Source of the DNA: Epiperipatus broadwayi
Taxonomy: Eukaryota; Animalia; Onychophora
Assembly: GCA_028023455.1 (NCBI GenBank)
Contig: JAQFVV010000005.1
Location: 16,120,001 to 16,184,000, forward strand
Direction: 5' to 3'
DNA: 64,000 nt
Shown: piece by piece, positions 13,616-27,349 of the stretch
Layout: every line of letters starts with the position of its first letter
Position numbering within the stretch: the first letter of the stretch is position 1
Notes under the pieces: model-generated
The model's input: only the letters and a program-made list of their open reading frames with translations
The model's database searches: none
Told to the model about the DNA's origin: nothing
Program-made: the position numbers and the translations under genes

Positions 13616-14483
13616 GTAACTTTATAAATAAATATTTGAAAATACAGTAATTAAAAGTCTATAAAAATTATATGTATAACTATAACTTAGAAGCGCTTTC
13701 ACTACCTTGTAGCTTTGTCAACTATCACATTTAAAATGTCAACTTTCTCATAATTCAATGTCAACTTTCCCATAATTCTGTAATCTTAACGTTTGCTGCT
13801 TGCCGATTAATTAAATTTTGCTTGTATTTATATATTAACATCGCCTCTGTAATTTTTCTTTTATTATTATTTCTTTCAGTTTCCAATATTTTTACATTGT
13901 TATAATCAAAATCAAAACCATATATACATGATTTATTATGGTCATAAAAAACAGAAGCTGATAAATTATCACTATTTTTAAAATTTTGTTTCGTATTTTG
14001 AACCCTTTTAAATAATAATATGTGCTCTTTTGTTTTTTTTTTCCAATGTGCACCTCAATTCACCTATATATCCGCTACCACACCTACATATCCATTTGTA
14101 AATGATACAATTTTTATTTGTCAATAAAGTTTTATCTTTTGAATTGTTTATTTTTATGACCATAATAAATCATGTATATATGGTTTTGATTTTGATTATA
14201 ACAACGTAAAAATATTGGAAACTGAAAGAAATAATAATAAAAGAAAAATTACAGAGGCGATGTTAATATATAAATACAAGCAAAATTTAATTAATCGGCA
14301 AGCAGCAAACGTTAAGATTACAGAATTATGGGAAAATTGACATTGAATTATGGGAAAGTTGACATTTTAAATGTGATAGTTGACAAAGCTACAAGATAGT
14401 GAAAGTGCTTCTAAGTTATAGTTATACATATACATTTTTATAGACTTTTAATTACTGTATTTTCAAATATTTATTTATAAAGT

Positions 14484-14486
<3 letters not shown>
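13616..14486. mobile_element. Penelope GIY-YIG remnant with a near-perfect inverted 3' duplication (head-to-head)
   Basis: Arms 13616-13950 and 14151-14486 (about 335 bp, few mismatches). The minus strand through the spacer reads NCIIYKWICRCGSGYIGE.RCTLEKKTKEH, then after a frameshift FYDHNKSCIYGFDFDYNN.KILETERNNNKRKITEAMLIYKYKQNLINRQ. Confidence 0.92.

Positions 14487-14538
<52 letters not shown>
14487..14538. repeat. (TA)n microsatellite abutting the Penelope right arm
   Basis: Direct reading. Confidence 0.95.
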
Positions 14539-14542
<4 letters not shown>

Positions 14543-15990
14543 TGCACATATATATTTAGCTATTAATAAGTATAAATTGCTTTAAATTATAAAACCTGAA
14601 TCATACTTTATATATACTTTATTAATAATAATAATTAAATATTTATATATAATTTTTAATGGATTCTCTATACTATTTTTATTCTCCATTCCCTTGAGTG
14701 AATATGAAGCAAGGTTTAATTGTAGATGTTTTTTTTTTTAGATTTATATCTACTGATTTTATTTTTTGTAACCATTTATAATCTACTTAATAACTTTACA
14801 CTCTATACATAATGCTTAATATTTTTTACAATGTTAAAAATCTTGAATCTAATAATAAATAATATATTACTTGTTAATAAATTATCAACTTTATGTTTCA
14901 GGCATGGAAGTTGTCTATCGTTAATCAACCAACAGAAAGTTTTATACATTTTAAGAATTTATAAACTTTAATTATTAATAAATGCAAAACATTAAAATGA
15001 AATTTAATCCAAGCTGAAAAATTTAAACAAATCTGATTTAAAGGTAAGTTTTAAAGCAATTTTTTTATTATATACATATAATAATTTTGATAGGATTTTT
15101 CTGTATATTTTTAAATAAATTTCAGTTATGATATCACCAGGCAATGAACCAATTAAAATCTAGCAATGTAAACTGAAGACATGTTTTCTAGTAATAATAT
15201 TTATTTGGCTTACATTTAAATCAAAATTGGAATTTTTGATCTAATCTGGATTAGATAAACATTGTGATTATTATTAGATTTTGTGTTTTTGAGTTGCATT
15301 GTTGGTTTTAATTTATTGTTGCCTTGTTACTGTCTATAACATTATTGCATGATAAAAATCCTCATTATAATTCTCTATGTATATAGTACATTTCTTTTAT
15401 TATTTACTTTGCAAACCAGGACAAATCACTCTAATATTGAGCAATAAGTGGTTTCCAGATGATAATGCATTTAAATTCTCATTCTAAACATTGATTTCTA
15501 GCTTTTGCTTTTATTGTGAGATTTAGGATTCAAAACTGAGACTTTATTTTAGATGGCATTAGAGTGGAAAGCTGCTCTTGTTTTATAGTATATTATATAA
15601 TGTATAGAATTAAGTGATTTATTATTACTTCCATTCTCAGCCAGAGGGCATAGCTGCCTATAATTAATAAAGAACTGAGGATAGTAAAATATATAGTTAT
15701 TAACCTATAGTTACATCTATATAACTATACAAGAATATTGGCTTGGGTTCAGGATGTTTTGAAGCTTTCAGACTTTTAGTTGATGGCTTTGATTCTCAAA
15801 CCTTATTGGTTAGGCAAAATTCAGAAACTTAACTGATGATTAGGATTAAAATGCATTATCATATACTGATTACTCAGTTTTACCATAAATGGCATTAAAA
15901 GGAGGAGTTGTTCTTGTTTTATCATAGATTTACATGTATATAATAATAGCATTAATGACACTATTGTAGGACAAAGTTTCTACAGCATTA

Positions 15991-16176
15991 CACTGTGAAG
16001 AAGACAATGCTTAAGTTGGTCATGCTAACAGTTTATAATTTTCCATTTTTGTTTGTCTCTTAATTAGAAAAGCCATTTACTGACACTGTGAAGAAGACAA
16101 TGCTTAAGTTGGTCATGCTAACAGTTTATAATTTTCCATTTTTGTTTGTCTCTTAATTAGAAAAGCCATTTACTGA
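15991..16176. repeat. Perfect 93-bp tandem duplication
   Basis: 15991-16083 is identical to 16084-16176. Confidence 0.95.
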
Positions 16177-17367
16177 GCTGACTATGAACTGGATGCTTGC
16201 AAATATTTCCGCACTTTCACCCAAATTTGAAAGCAGAAATTAGGGGTCTTATATAGAAATGTTAATAACCATGAAGTCTTCACACACATGTAAAATCAAA
16301 AATTAAAGGCAATTTATTTTTATTACATTAAAAAGTCTTTCCTAGCGTTAACATTACTTTTCACCTATAATTAAAATTTTCTATTCTTTTTTGCACTAAT
16401 TCATAGGTTTCATTAAAATAAGGGTTTTCATTGCTTCTAATCATCTGCTCTGTCACCTCTTCATTATTATTAAACTTGAAAACCAGAGATATAGATTTAC
16501 TTTGACTGAAGCCATCTTACTATAATAAAAATGGCAGAATCTGAAGAGGCGGTATTGTGATTAGTTTTCATTGTTGTAAGTCACTATATATTCAAAAACA
16601 ATTGTTGATATCAATTCTCTATTTGACACAACTTGTCTTTACTAAAATTAAATATTTTTTAACAATAAGTCAGTGTCCTTGGTTTTCCTCCAAAAAAGGC
16701 ACAAACTTTTCAAAATAAGATTACTTTTTTAGAATGACATTGACCTTGCTATACTTTTTTGCGTAATTATTACCTGATTGTGCTGCCATGCTTCTGTCAA
16801 ACGATGTGTTCTAACAATGAAAATCTAATTACACTACTTTTTAATAATAATATAATTATAAAGCAAAGTTGTGATTTTCAGAATTTAAATCTGATTAATA
16901 TCACTTACAGGTTCAAATTATTGAGTTTCTATTGATTAATTAGATATTATTACCTATAGTAGTTTTATTTTTTTAATTGCTGTTATTTTTATTATAAAAT
17001 ATAAAACAGATTTTTGATAAGTATTTTACTACAGGGCAAAGACTTCTCAGATAATCATGATAGACTGACAGTGAAAGAGAAGAAGACAGTTCTAACCAGG
17101 TTCTAACCCGGTTTGCATCAGTGGTGAAGATTTGAGGAGTTTCCATACTCACTTTGCCACTATTAACTCGTTAATATTTGGTAGTTATCTGACTGGTTGT
17201 GATCAAGCTAATTGAGAGAAAAAAAATCTTCACAATAATTTCACTTATTGGATTTAAATCCATGCATGACAAGTGGATGTATTACTTCTGCACCATAAGG
17301 CTCTTAGAGAGAGAGAGAGATAAATTAGATAGTTGAATAAACAAATGGACCAATGGATAGACAGAAC

Positions 17368-18571
<1,204 letters not shown>

Positions 18572-19929
18572 CAGCATTCTGCCATGTTCATGATCTGGAA
18601 TTAATATTCAGAGAAACTTTACTTTTTAGGAAAGATTTTTAAGCAAGCTTGATTACTTTTAGATAGTCATTGCATGGCTAACTCACTATATTTCTAATTA
18701 CTGCTTAATAATATAGATAATCTTGTCTTGATACAGAATAGAATAAGAATTCATTACCAAGTGTAACTTTATTTGCATTGTGGGTAATGTCTGTATTTTA
18801 TTGTTAGAGTGATTTTAGAAAAAAGCTTTGCTTTGAAATGAGCTATTTGAGACTGTTTGCACCTTTGCCCATATACATTTATTCAAATATTTTTACAATT
18901 AAAAAATGTTTATTTATGAATATTTGATGTGAAATTCCATTTATATGTATTTGATTAGATTTACCAAAGTGCTTGGGAAAAAAAAAACATTTTCGATCTA
19001 CTTTTTCTCCATGTTATTTGAAAATTGAACAAAAAGAATAACAAATTTAAACAATAACCATTCTTATAATTTAAGAAAAATGAAGTGTGTTACCATGGCA
19101 TTTAAATGTCAGTTATAATTTAATTTAAAACGGTTTATTTGATAGCCACATGCACAATGCAGATGGATGTTGTTTCTGTCAAGCTGGTAAATCTAATCAT
19201 CATAGTTTTAAATCATAAACATGGAGCTCTTATCAAAAATACCTAGAAAAATAAGTTTAGCAATGATGTTGCTAGGTAACCACCAATAAAAATTGATAAC
19301 TCAGGCTGAATCATTTGCTCTAGTAGTCAATAATAGCCTTGAGTTTGCAGAGACTATCCAGACAATTGAGGTATGATTCTACTAAAATATCAGTATACTG
19401 CTAATATTAATAACAAGTAATTATATAGATGATGAATCCAAACTATATATTAACATCTTTTGCCTATGAATGTATTCACTAAAATTTAATATATGTTTTT
19501 TTTTTTTAAAACAAAACTTAATTAAAAGACTACTATGGAGAAAGGCCTATTCTTTAATCTTTCATAGAAATACAATTTAAAAACGTTTTTTCACCAGTCT
19601 TTTGAATTGTACAATGATGATATTTCTAGAACTTTTCATCCAAGTTTTACCCATTTCCTAATCTATAGGGATGCTTATGATTAGTGGAATATATAGAGAT
19701 AAATAACAACTGATATTATAAAATAAAAAATTATAAGATTAAGTCCTCAAAATGCTTCAACTACCATTATATGTCCAAAAAATCAAACCAATCCCTGTAC
19801 AATACATGTTTTTGAATTGACCATATTTATCCAACTGCTCTTTGAAATGATCTTTCCCAACAATAAATCATTATTCACACTTTGACATAAAATACTGTAT
19901 TAGTGATATTTCCCATATTCTTGAGAGAT

Positions 19930-20065
19930 TGTAAAAGACTTATTAAAGAGACCACACATGAGATGGATGGATAAAATGAAGAAATTTTTTGGTTTGTTGA
20001 GGAGAAGAGGCTAGAAACCATTTTGCAGTGGATCAATAATGGATTTAAATGATGATGATGAAGAA
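19930..20065 (+). mobile_element. RTE-like LINE extreme 3' end
   Basis: RP.MRWMDK...CAGTGGAT...(TGA)n tail, typical of RTE-clade ends. Confidence 0.45.
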
Positions 20066-22327
20066 GGTATAAGAATGAAATTAGTTTTTATGACATAGCT
20101 TGGACATCACTAATGGCTGCTGGATAAGGATTGTTAGTCAAAGATATGTCCAGTAAAGACTGACTTAATTTTGTCACCATTAAGTGATTGCTGAAATAAT
20201 ATATAGGTGGCGCTTTAAAAATTTAATATTGTTGCCATTTATAAAATAAAAGATAAAATAATTGAATGATTTATATTATTCAGAAGTTCACAAAAAGTTC
20301 AAGTACTGGAAGTTTACAGGGTTGGGCCATAACTTTTGATCCTTCAGACCCAGAGTCTGCCAATCTATCACTGCATCAAGCCATATAGATCATTATATAT
20401 ATATATATGTTATAAATTTTCAAAGTTTCAGCATTCATGACTTTGATATCAATTACATTATGATTATTACTAATCATTTACTAAACAAGAAATTATTCCC
20501 AGCTTGATATAAACTTTAAACTTCAGTTAATTAGCCATTAACATATTTGATTTTTAATTAATCACATGGAAAAAAGAGATGGAGTTCATTTTTTGTATGT
20601 GTTTATGCTTAATTTTTTTAAAAAAAAAGATATATATATATCTTCAGCGGATGTTTAAAGTTTATATCTGATTAACAATAATCCATAACTTAATAAGTGA
20701 TTAGTAATACATTTATCTGAAATGAATGGCATCAAAATTGTGAATGCAGAACATGTAAATCACATTGTAAAATTTAATATTGAGAAATATTGAAGAAAAT
20801 ATAAAGATTTAAGTAAGATATTGTAATTTAAGTGAAATAAAAAGTGCTGGTTCAGCAAGCAATGCATCTTAGAAAATTATCTGTCTCAGATATTTCTATT
20901 TGTATGTTTTAAGATATATATATTAATGTAAAATAATACTCATACAGAGTTTAAATATAAAATTTTTAATGATATAATCAAACCAAGTATTATTTTTCAT
21001 TAATATCTAGAATGGCAGAGTATGGGTATATATTATAACCTAAAAAGAGTGAATCAAGATGAAAGCCAATGACACTCTCACAAAAACCACCAAAAACAAA
21101 TACAATAAGCAAATAATCACTATTACTGGCTAAATGATAATATTATTAGGCTAAGCTCAGAAGGGTTTCAAATGCCATATGCTACAATAATAAGAGCAAC
21201 AATAAGGGTAAATAATAATAATAATCATTATGAAGATAAATGCAACATATGGGCAAATTTAAGAGGAGAACCCTTCTTATACTCTCTCTTATGAAATATA
21301 ATGGTTCTTTATACTGAAAGTATATATCATTAAAGGGTTAGGCTACTTTGAATTTCTTCTCTTCATAACACATCTTCTGACTCCAGCACCTTTTTCAACC
21401 AAAATAAGCATCTCACTGTTATGATCAGATTTACAATTAAGTTTTATAAAGTAGAAACATATTTTCTCATATCTTTGCCACATTAATTTCTTCTTTAAAG
21501 TAATTTATTCTTGTATAGAGAGTTTTGCCCGCTTTAATTTATTCTATACTGAAATAATTTCTTTAATAATCTTTGTATGTAAAATGAGTTCTCAGGGTTC
21601 ATACAACTAATATTTAATAATTATAAATTTTATTCTTCTCTTTTAATTCTTGAGGACTATCAAACAAAGAATAAGATCCTAGTAAGAAAGCAATAAGACA
21701 TACTGTTACCCTTAAGATAATGTCTCCCTCAATTACAATAACAATAAAAATTTTAAAATTTAAAATAAAAATGAAAAGCCTTTAATTTAGAATAAAATAA
21801 TACACTAGGAAAGCATTCAGATATAATGAATAGATAAAAGATTTTATGGCCGCTCAAAATATCACAATAACAAATCCTCAGCAAATATTTTCTGAATTTA
21901 AACCAAGCAATTCCATCATTTGAACTTATGATAGATCAATAAAATAATCTTCTAAATAAAATAAAGTAATCAAAACAAGCGTAGTGATCTTTCACAAATA
22001 AATAAAATTGGCTAAAATGATCTCCAAGTATAAATTTATAATTATAATTATTTTAATAAATAAATTATTTCTTTCTTAGACATTCTCTTAACATCTTAGA
22101 TGCAATTTTAGTAAAGTGACTTATGTCAAACTCTTTAGTATTCATGTACTCTCAATGCATAAAATTAAAGACAAGTTATGATAAACTTTATATCTTGATT
22201 TCTGAAGATGTATAGATGATGATAAACAACCAAGAAAATAAATTAGCAATACAACCATATTTATTTTAACATTAAAAGATTTAACAAAACAACAACTTTA
22301 CTAAAAATAGTCAAAATAATAGTTATA

Positions 22328-22655
22328 GATCACGTGACTCTATTCTCTTAAGCTTGTAAGTTATAAACAATGAGGATTGCCAATTCCTCAACAAGCTTTG
22401 TGATAAATGCTTAGCCAGAGAAAGCACTTAAAATATCTCTGACAGAACCCCCCCCCCCAACCCCTGACCATGGTTTCTTGCTTTGGCACTCCTCAGAGAT
22501 GTGCCAGGGTAGGTTTGGACACTAGATCTAAAAATACCAACCCAAAGCCAGCATTTATCTAAAAGTTATCTATTGAGTTAAAAATCGGAAATTTTCAGAT
22601 ACCTACATGTCTTCAAATCCAGCTATCCAACTCAATTAGCTATATGAGTGTGTGC
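22328..22655 (-). mobile_element. Family B hammerhead element
   Basis: Homologous to 23620-24552 and 51520-52495. Minus-strand hammerhead at 22462-22500: CTGAGGA GTGCCAAAGCAA GAAA CCATG GTC AGGGG. Confidence 0.8.
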
Positions 22656-23619
22656 AAGTGTATTCATCAATGTATTTATAATATAAACCATGTGACCAAT
22701 TTTTGATGGCTAAAATAGACATTTTAATTTATACACATTTTACCTAATTGATTAGAGTTCACAGACTTATTAAAATCCTAAGAAAACTTCTAAAAATAAA
22801 CTCATTTGCATATTCCAGAGCATTGTGGGAAATAATTGACTAGTCAGTTAAATAATTATTACATTTCTTTTTCAAAAAAATTATTAAAAAAAAACACAAT
22901 ATAATAAAATAAAAATTATTACATAATGAAAATTATACTATCTTAAACAGAACATTATTTTATAACATTCTTTAAACACATTTATTTTTTAAAAAATTCA
23001 TTTAAGCTGCCAGGATATTGTAAATAGTCTTTTTTTTTAAAAAAAAATAATAAAATAAATAAAGATGTTAACAAATAATTTTATGTTAACAAAGAAAATT
23101 TTAAAGAAATTAAAGATCTTCCATCCATCCACCCACATATCCATTAATACATTTTTAATTAAAGATTTCTAGCTTTGTTATTACCTCTTTTTTAATCAGC
23201 TAAATTTGAGATTGTTTAATTAAAATATTTCTATACAATTAATATTAAATAAAGCATTTTTACAGATAATTTAAATATTTACATCCTAGTCTTGAGGATT
23301 TAAACTTGACTTTAAAGTTTTATTCTAACTGTAAGATGGTTTTAATCTTAATATTTTACAATAAAATTAACTTACACTTTAGATCAATATCTTTAAAACT
23401 AAGCATTTAAAATTATAAAGAACTATTTATGGGGTTCAAAACGTTATGAACAGGTTATTAAGATTACTTTTAAAGTTATAAAACTTAAAAATTTTTTATA
23501 AATTAGTTATTCTGGTAAATAAATATTGGATTATTAAATAATGATAAAGTTTATTTATCATAAAAATTAAAATACTGATATTTTTTTTAAATATTAGATA
23601 ATTACATAATTTGACATTT

Positions 23620-24552
23620 AGCTTTAAGGGAAAAACTAAACATTACAATATATAATAGTTAATAAAGCAAGTCATATATAATGTGACATTACTTTTATAA
23701 GCTTGTAGTTACAAAAATGCAATACAGAGAGCATACCAATAGCTCAAACAAGCTGGTATGAGAAAATATTTAAAATCTCTATCCAGAACACTCCCCTCTC
23801 CAGACCAACTGGTTTCGAGCTTATAGCTAACATCAGTGGAGATCTAAAATATTCAGACACTAGATCCAAAATATAAACTCAAAACCCAGTACTTATTTCA
23901 AATGTATATTTAAATAGAAACTCTGAAATTTTCAGACATGAAAATGTCTTTAAATCCAGCTATCTAACTTAAATAGCTATATGGGACTGAACTAAATTCA
24001 GATCTACCATATTTTAATAGCCTCCGCATAGCCAAAGCCTTAAAGGTAAAATTATAATAATTAATTAAGCAAGTCATATATAATGTGACATTACTTTTAT
24101 AAGCTTGTAGTTACAAAAATGCAACACAGACACTACAAGCTTACAAAAGTAATGTCATGTTATATATGACTTGCTTTATTAATTATTATAATTTTACCTT
24201 TAAAGCTTTGGCTATGCTGAGGCTATTAAAATATGGTAGATCTGAATTTAGTTCAGTCCCATATAGCTATTTAAGTTAGATAGCTGGATTTAAAGACATT
24301 TTCATGTCCAAAAATAACAGTTTCTACTTAAATATACGTTTGAAATAAGTGCTAGGTTTTGAATTTATATTTTGGATCTAGTGTCTGAATATTCTAGCTC
24401 TCCACTGACGTGAGCTATAAGTATGAAACCAGTTGGTCTGGAGATGAGAGTGTTCTGGATAGAGATTTTAAATATTTTTTCGTACCGCACTTATTAATTA
24501 AGAGCTTGTTTGAGCTATTGGTACGCTCTATGTATTGCATTTTTGTGTTACA
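23620..24552. mobile_element. Family B tandem plus inverted (head-to-head) structure, unit about 402 bp
   Basis: AAGCAAGTCATATATAATGTGACATT occurs at about 23666 and 24068. Arms meet at 24110/24133. Hammerheads at 23798-23841 (-) and 24400-24443 (+), with stem I CTCCA/TGGAG. Confidence 0.9.
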
Positions 24553-25760
24553 ATATATATATAATGCTTTGCGATATATTATAAGTGCATACAACTATCA
24601 TATCCATAACTAGGATTCAATTTTTTTTTACAGGTTTTAATCAAGCTCAAGATTTTTTTCAGTTGGCGGCACATGGTTAATCCAGATAATCATCTAACTG
24701 CTATTCAATTATTCTTAGCTAGAGAATAAAACAAAAATGGAAAATTGTAGAAACCTTCATCAACTCACTATTGGCAATTCTCCCCTCTCTGCCAGTTTTT
24801 CTGTGTTTGTATGTTAAAGAGATCTTTGCTACACAGCCATTTAAAAGATGTCTGTCCGCTTACATATATATGTTTAGCAACAAACATTTTGATTTTCTAA
24901 CTTCTATCTCAATTTTTTTTTTGTAATAATAAGATTAATATGAAGATTAAAATACTTGTCCCATTATGATTAACCATCTTCTAAGTTGTATCTAGCATAT
25001 TCAAAGAATATCAATGATTTATTGCTGGAATTTATAAGAAGTTCAAATACAAGAAGTGGCAACACTGAGCTGCGATCCTTGGACCCGGGGCCCTGCCACT
25101 GTATTAAAAATAAAATTATTAAATCTTCACAGTAACAATAAGACTGAATTCATTTGCTTTTTTTTTTTGTTCAATTTCTTTTTGCTGTTCTCTGCGAACT
25201 TCCTTTTAAATATGTGATTCTTTTTTAAATCCAAACTTTATGGCAAAACACGTGAGACACAACTTATCTTTTTAAGCACAATTTCATTCTTTTTCCAATA
25301 AAATGCTAATCCTTCTTTACAAACACACTAGTTAACAATTTTGTAATTCTAAACCAGTGAGTTCACATAATTATTCTCTCTTTAATTTTATTTAAAATCC
25401 CCATAGAGTCTTCAGGCAATTCCAATATATTAAACACGTGCGCACATACGCTGCATTTTAATACATTAATTTTAATGAAACATGAACACTGTTGGAAAAA
25501 ATAATCAGTGAGCCTCAAATTATCACTATTAATGTTGTATTAAGTATTGCATTTTTAATGATTATCTGTGATAGAAAATTAATAAGAATATTTTAAATTG
25601 TATATATATTTAAATGTTAAAAGCTTAATGGAAATTCTCAATATATTTTTATAAACAATTTTCAATTAGGAAGATCTTAGAAACTCTAACATTTTATAGT
25701 AAAGTCTTATTCGATTATCGAATATTTGAAAAATCACCATACTTCCGCTTTTTCACACAT

Positions 25761-26198
25761 CTTCCAAAACATAAGCTTGTAGTTAAGACCTGTAAAGGTC
25801 CCTACTATCGCATTTTTACGTGCACATTCTTGAGGTTACAGCCTTAGTAAATATTACTTACGTAATCAATGTGCGTTTAAATAAATTTATAATTACAACT
25901 TTAAATGATGGCAATAGATTTCTAACTATGAGATCTTTCCATTGACTCGTTGTAAATTGAAAGATTTCGCGAGTATTAATGTGTAATAAGAAATGTGGAC
26001 TTAATCAGTGAAGTATTGAATAGCTTCACGTTCTCAGATCAAACCAAACCGCTTCAGCTTCACCTATTTATATAGAAAGTAGGTCGAAGTAAAGAAGTTT
26101 CTCCTCTTTTCTTCCAAAATGTAAGCTTGTGGTTAAGACCTGTAGAGGTCCCTACTATCGCATTTATATTCTTGAGGTTACAGCCTTAGTAAATATTA
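25761..26198. repeat. Family D: direct repeat with 350-bp period, CpG-retaining
   Basis: CTTCCAAAA.TAAGCTTGT.GTTAAGACCTGTA.AGGTCCCTACTATCGCATT occurs at 25761 and 26111. A dispersed inverted copy lies at 40315-40428. Confidence 0.85.
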
Positions 26199-26520
26199 TA
26201 AATTAAAATAATAAACTAAAAGTGAATTTTAGACAAATATAATTTGTAATTCATTAATTTTAATTTGCAAAATGGTACTTTTTTCACTAGACATTAGCTG
26301 AAAGTTATTTATAATTGTCACATTTGTAACATTTAAATCTATAAACCTATGAAAATATTTTATTTAATATATTAATATAAAATTTTTTTTTTTCTATTTG
26401 CAGAACTATGGTTAAAGAAAAAATCACATTGCCTCTACAAGTGATGCAATAAATAAAAGTGACTATATAAGCTGATGAGCTTGGATTGAAAATATTATTG
26501 TGTTTTCAATTTCATTCTCA

Positions 26521-26765
26521 TGGTTTTGTAGTTAAGTAGAAATAAAAGATGGCTACTGGAGGTGTGCATTAGATCCTAAGATCTAGGTGTAGTGCTCTCA
26601 GATCCAAGGCTTCCACTGACGAAGGCCACAAGCCAGAAACTAGTCTGGAAATATTGGATGAGTAGGCACTAGATGGGGATTTTATGCACAAGCCTGCTGG
26701 AATCCGTTGATTACTCTGGCTTGCACTGAGTGGCAATACATATAGAGAGTTTTGCCTGTTTAAAT
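26521..26765 (+). mobile_element. Family A element with an intact hammerhead core
   Basis: Full homology to the other family A copies. Ends at GCCTGTTTTAA. Confidence 0.9.
26611..26650 (+). ncRNA. Minimal type I hammerhead ribozyme (family A)
   Basis: TTCCA CTGACGA AGGC-CACAA-GCCA GAAA CTA GTC TGGAA. Stem I is 5 bp; stem III is the palindrome ACTAGT; predicted cleavage after 26645. Confidence 0.8.
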
Positions 26766-27349
26766 ACATCTCTTAACATTATTGATTACATTAGATAATT
26801 AATTTTTATTATTAAGAATTTTTTAAAAAAGTAAAAGACATTGGAATAAATAAATGTTAAATTACTTTAAAATTTAAACACAAATTTATCCATAACCCAA
26901 TTAAATCCAAATATGTACCATTCACAAATCAGAAATCTTAAAGAATCATTTTAACATACCTATAAACTAAGCAACCAATATCATTTCATTGGTCACATAA
27001 AAAGTGACCTTGTTTTATTTAAGAGAATCAAAACAATATAAATTTGTGCTATAATAACTGACTATACATTAAAACCAAAATTCTAATCACTTTTAAATTT
27101 TAATTAAAATGCACTGAAATAAAATAAATGAAATTGATAAAGATTCATCAAAAGTTACCATGACCTTAATACATTTTTATTTGCCAATAAAGTATTTAAT
27201 AAGTTCAAGTAATTTTCAAGCACTAACACAATAATTATCAGACAAATATTTTTCTTTCATTTTCCTCAACTACGAACTGATCAAAGAATATTTAATTTTC
27301 ATCCCAACAATTTTAACAACAGGTGGAATAATTTCCTTCAAAAAATTTG

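Noticed and set aside
25815-25840. Hammerhead or twister ribozyme in family D
   Set aside because: All three copies have CTCAAGA (G5 missing) with no valid stem III or UH site, and the GGTCCCTA segment lacks the rest of the twister pattern.
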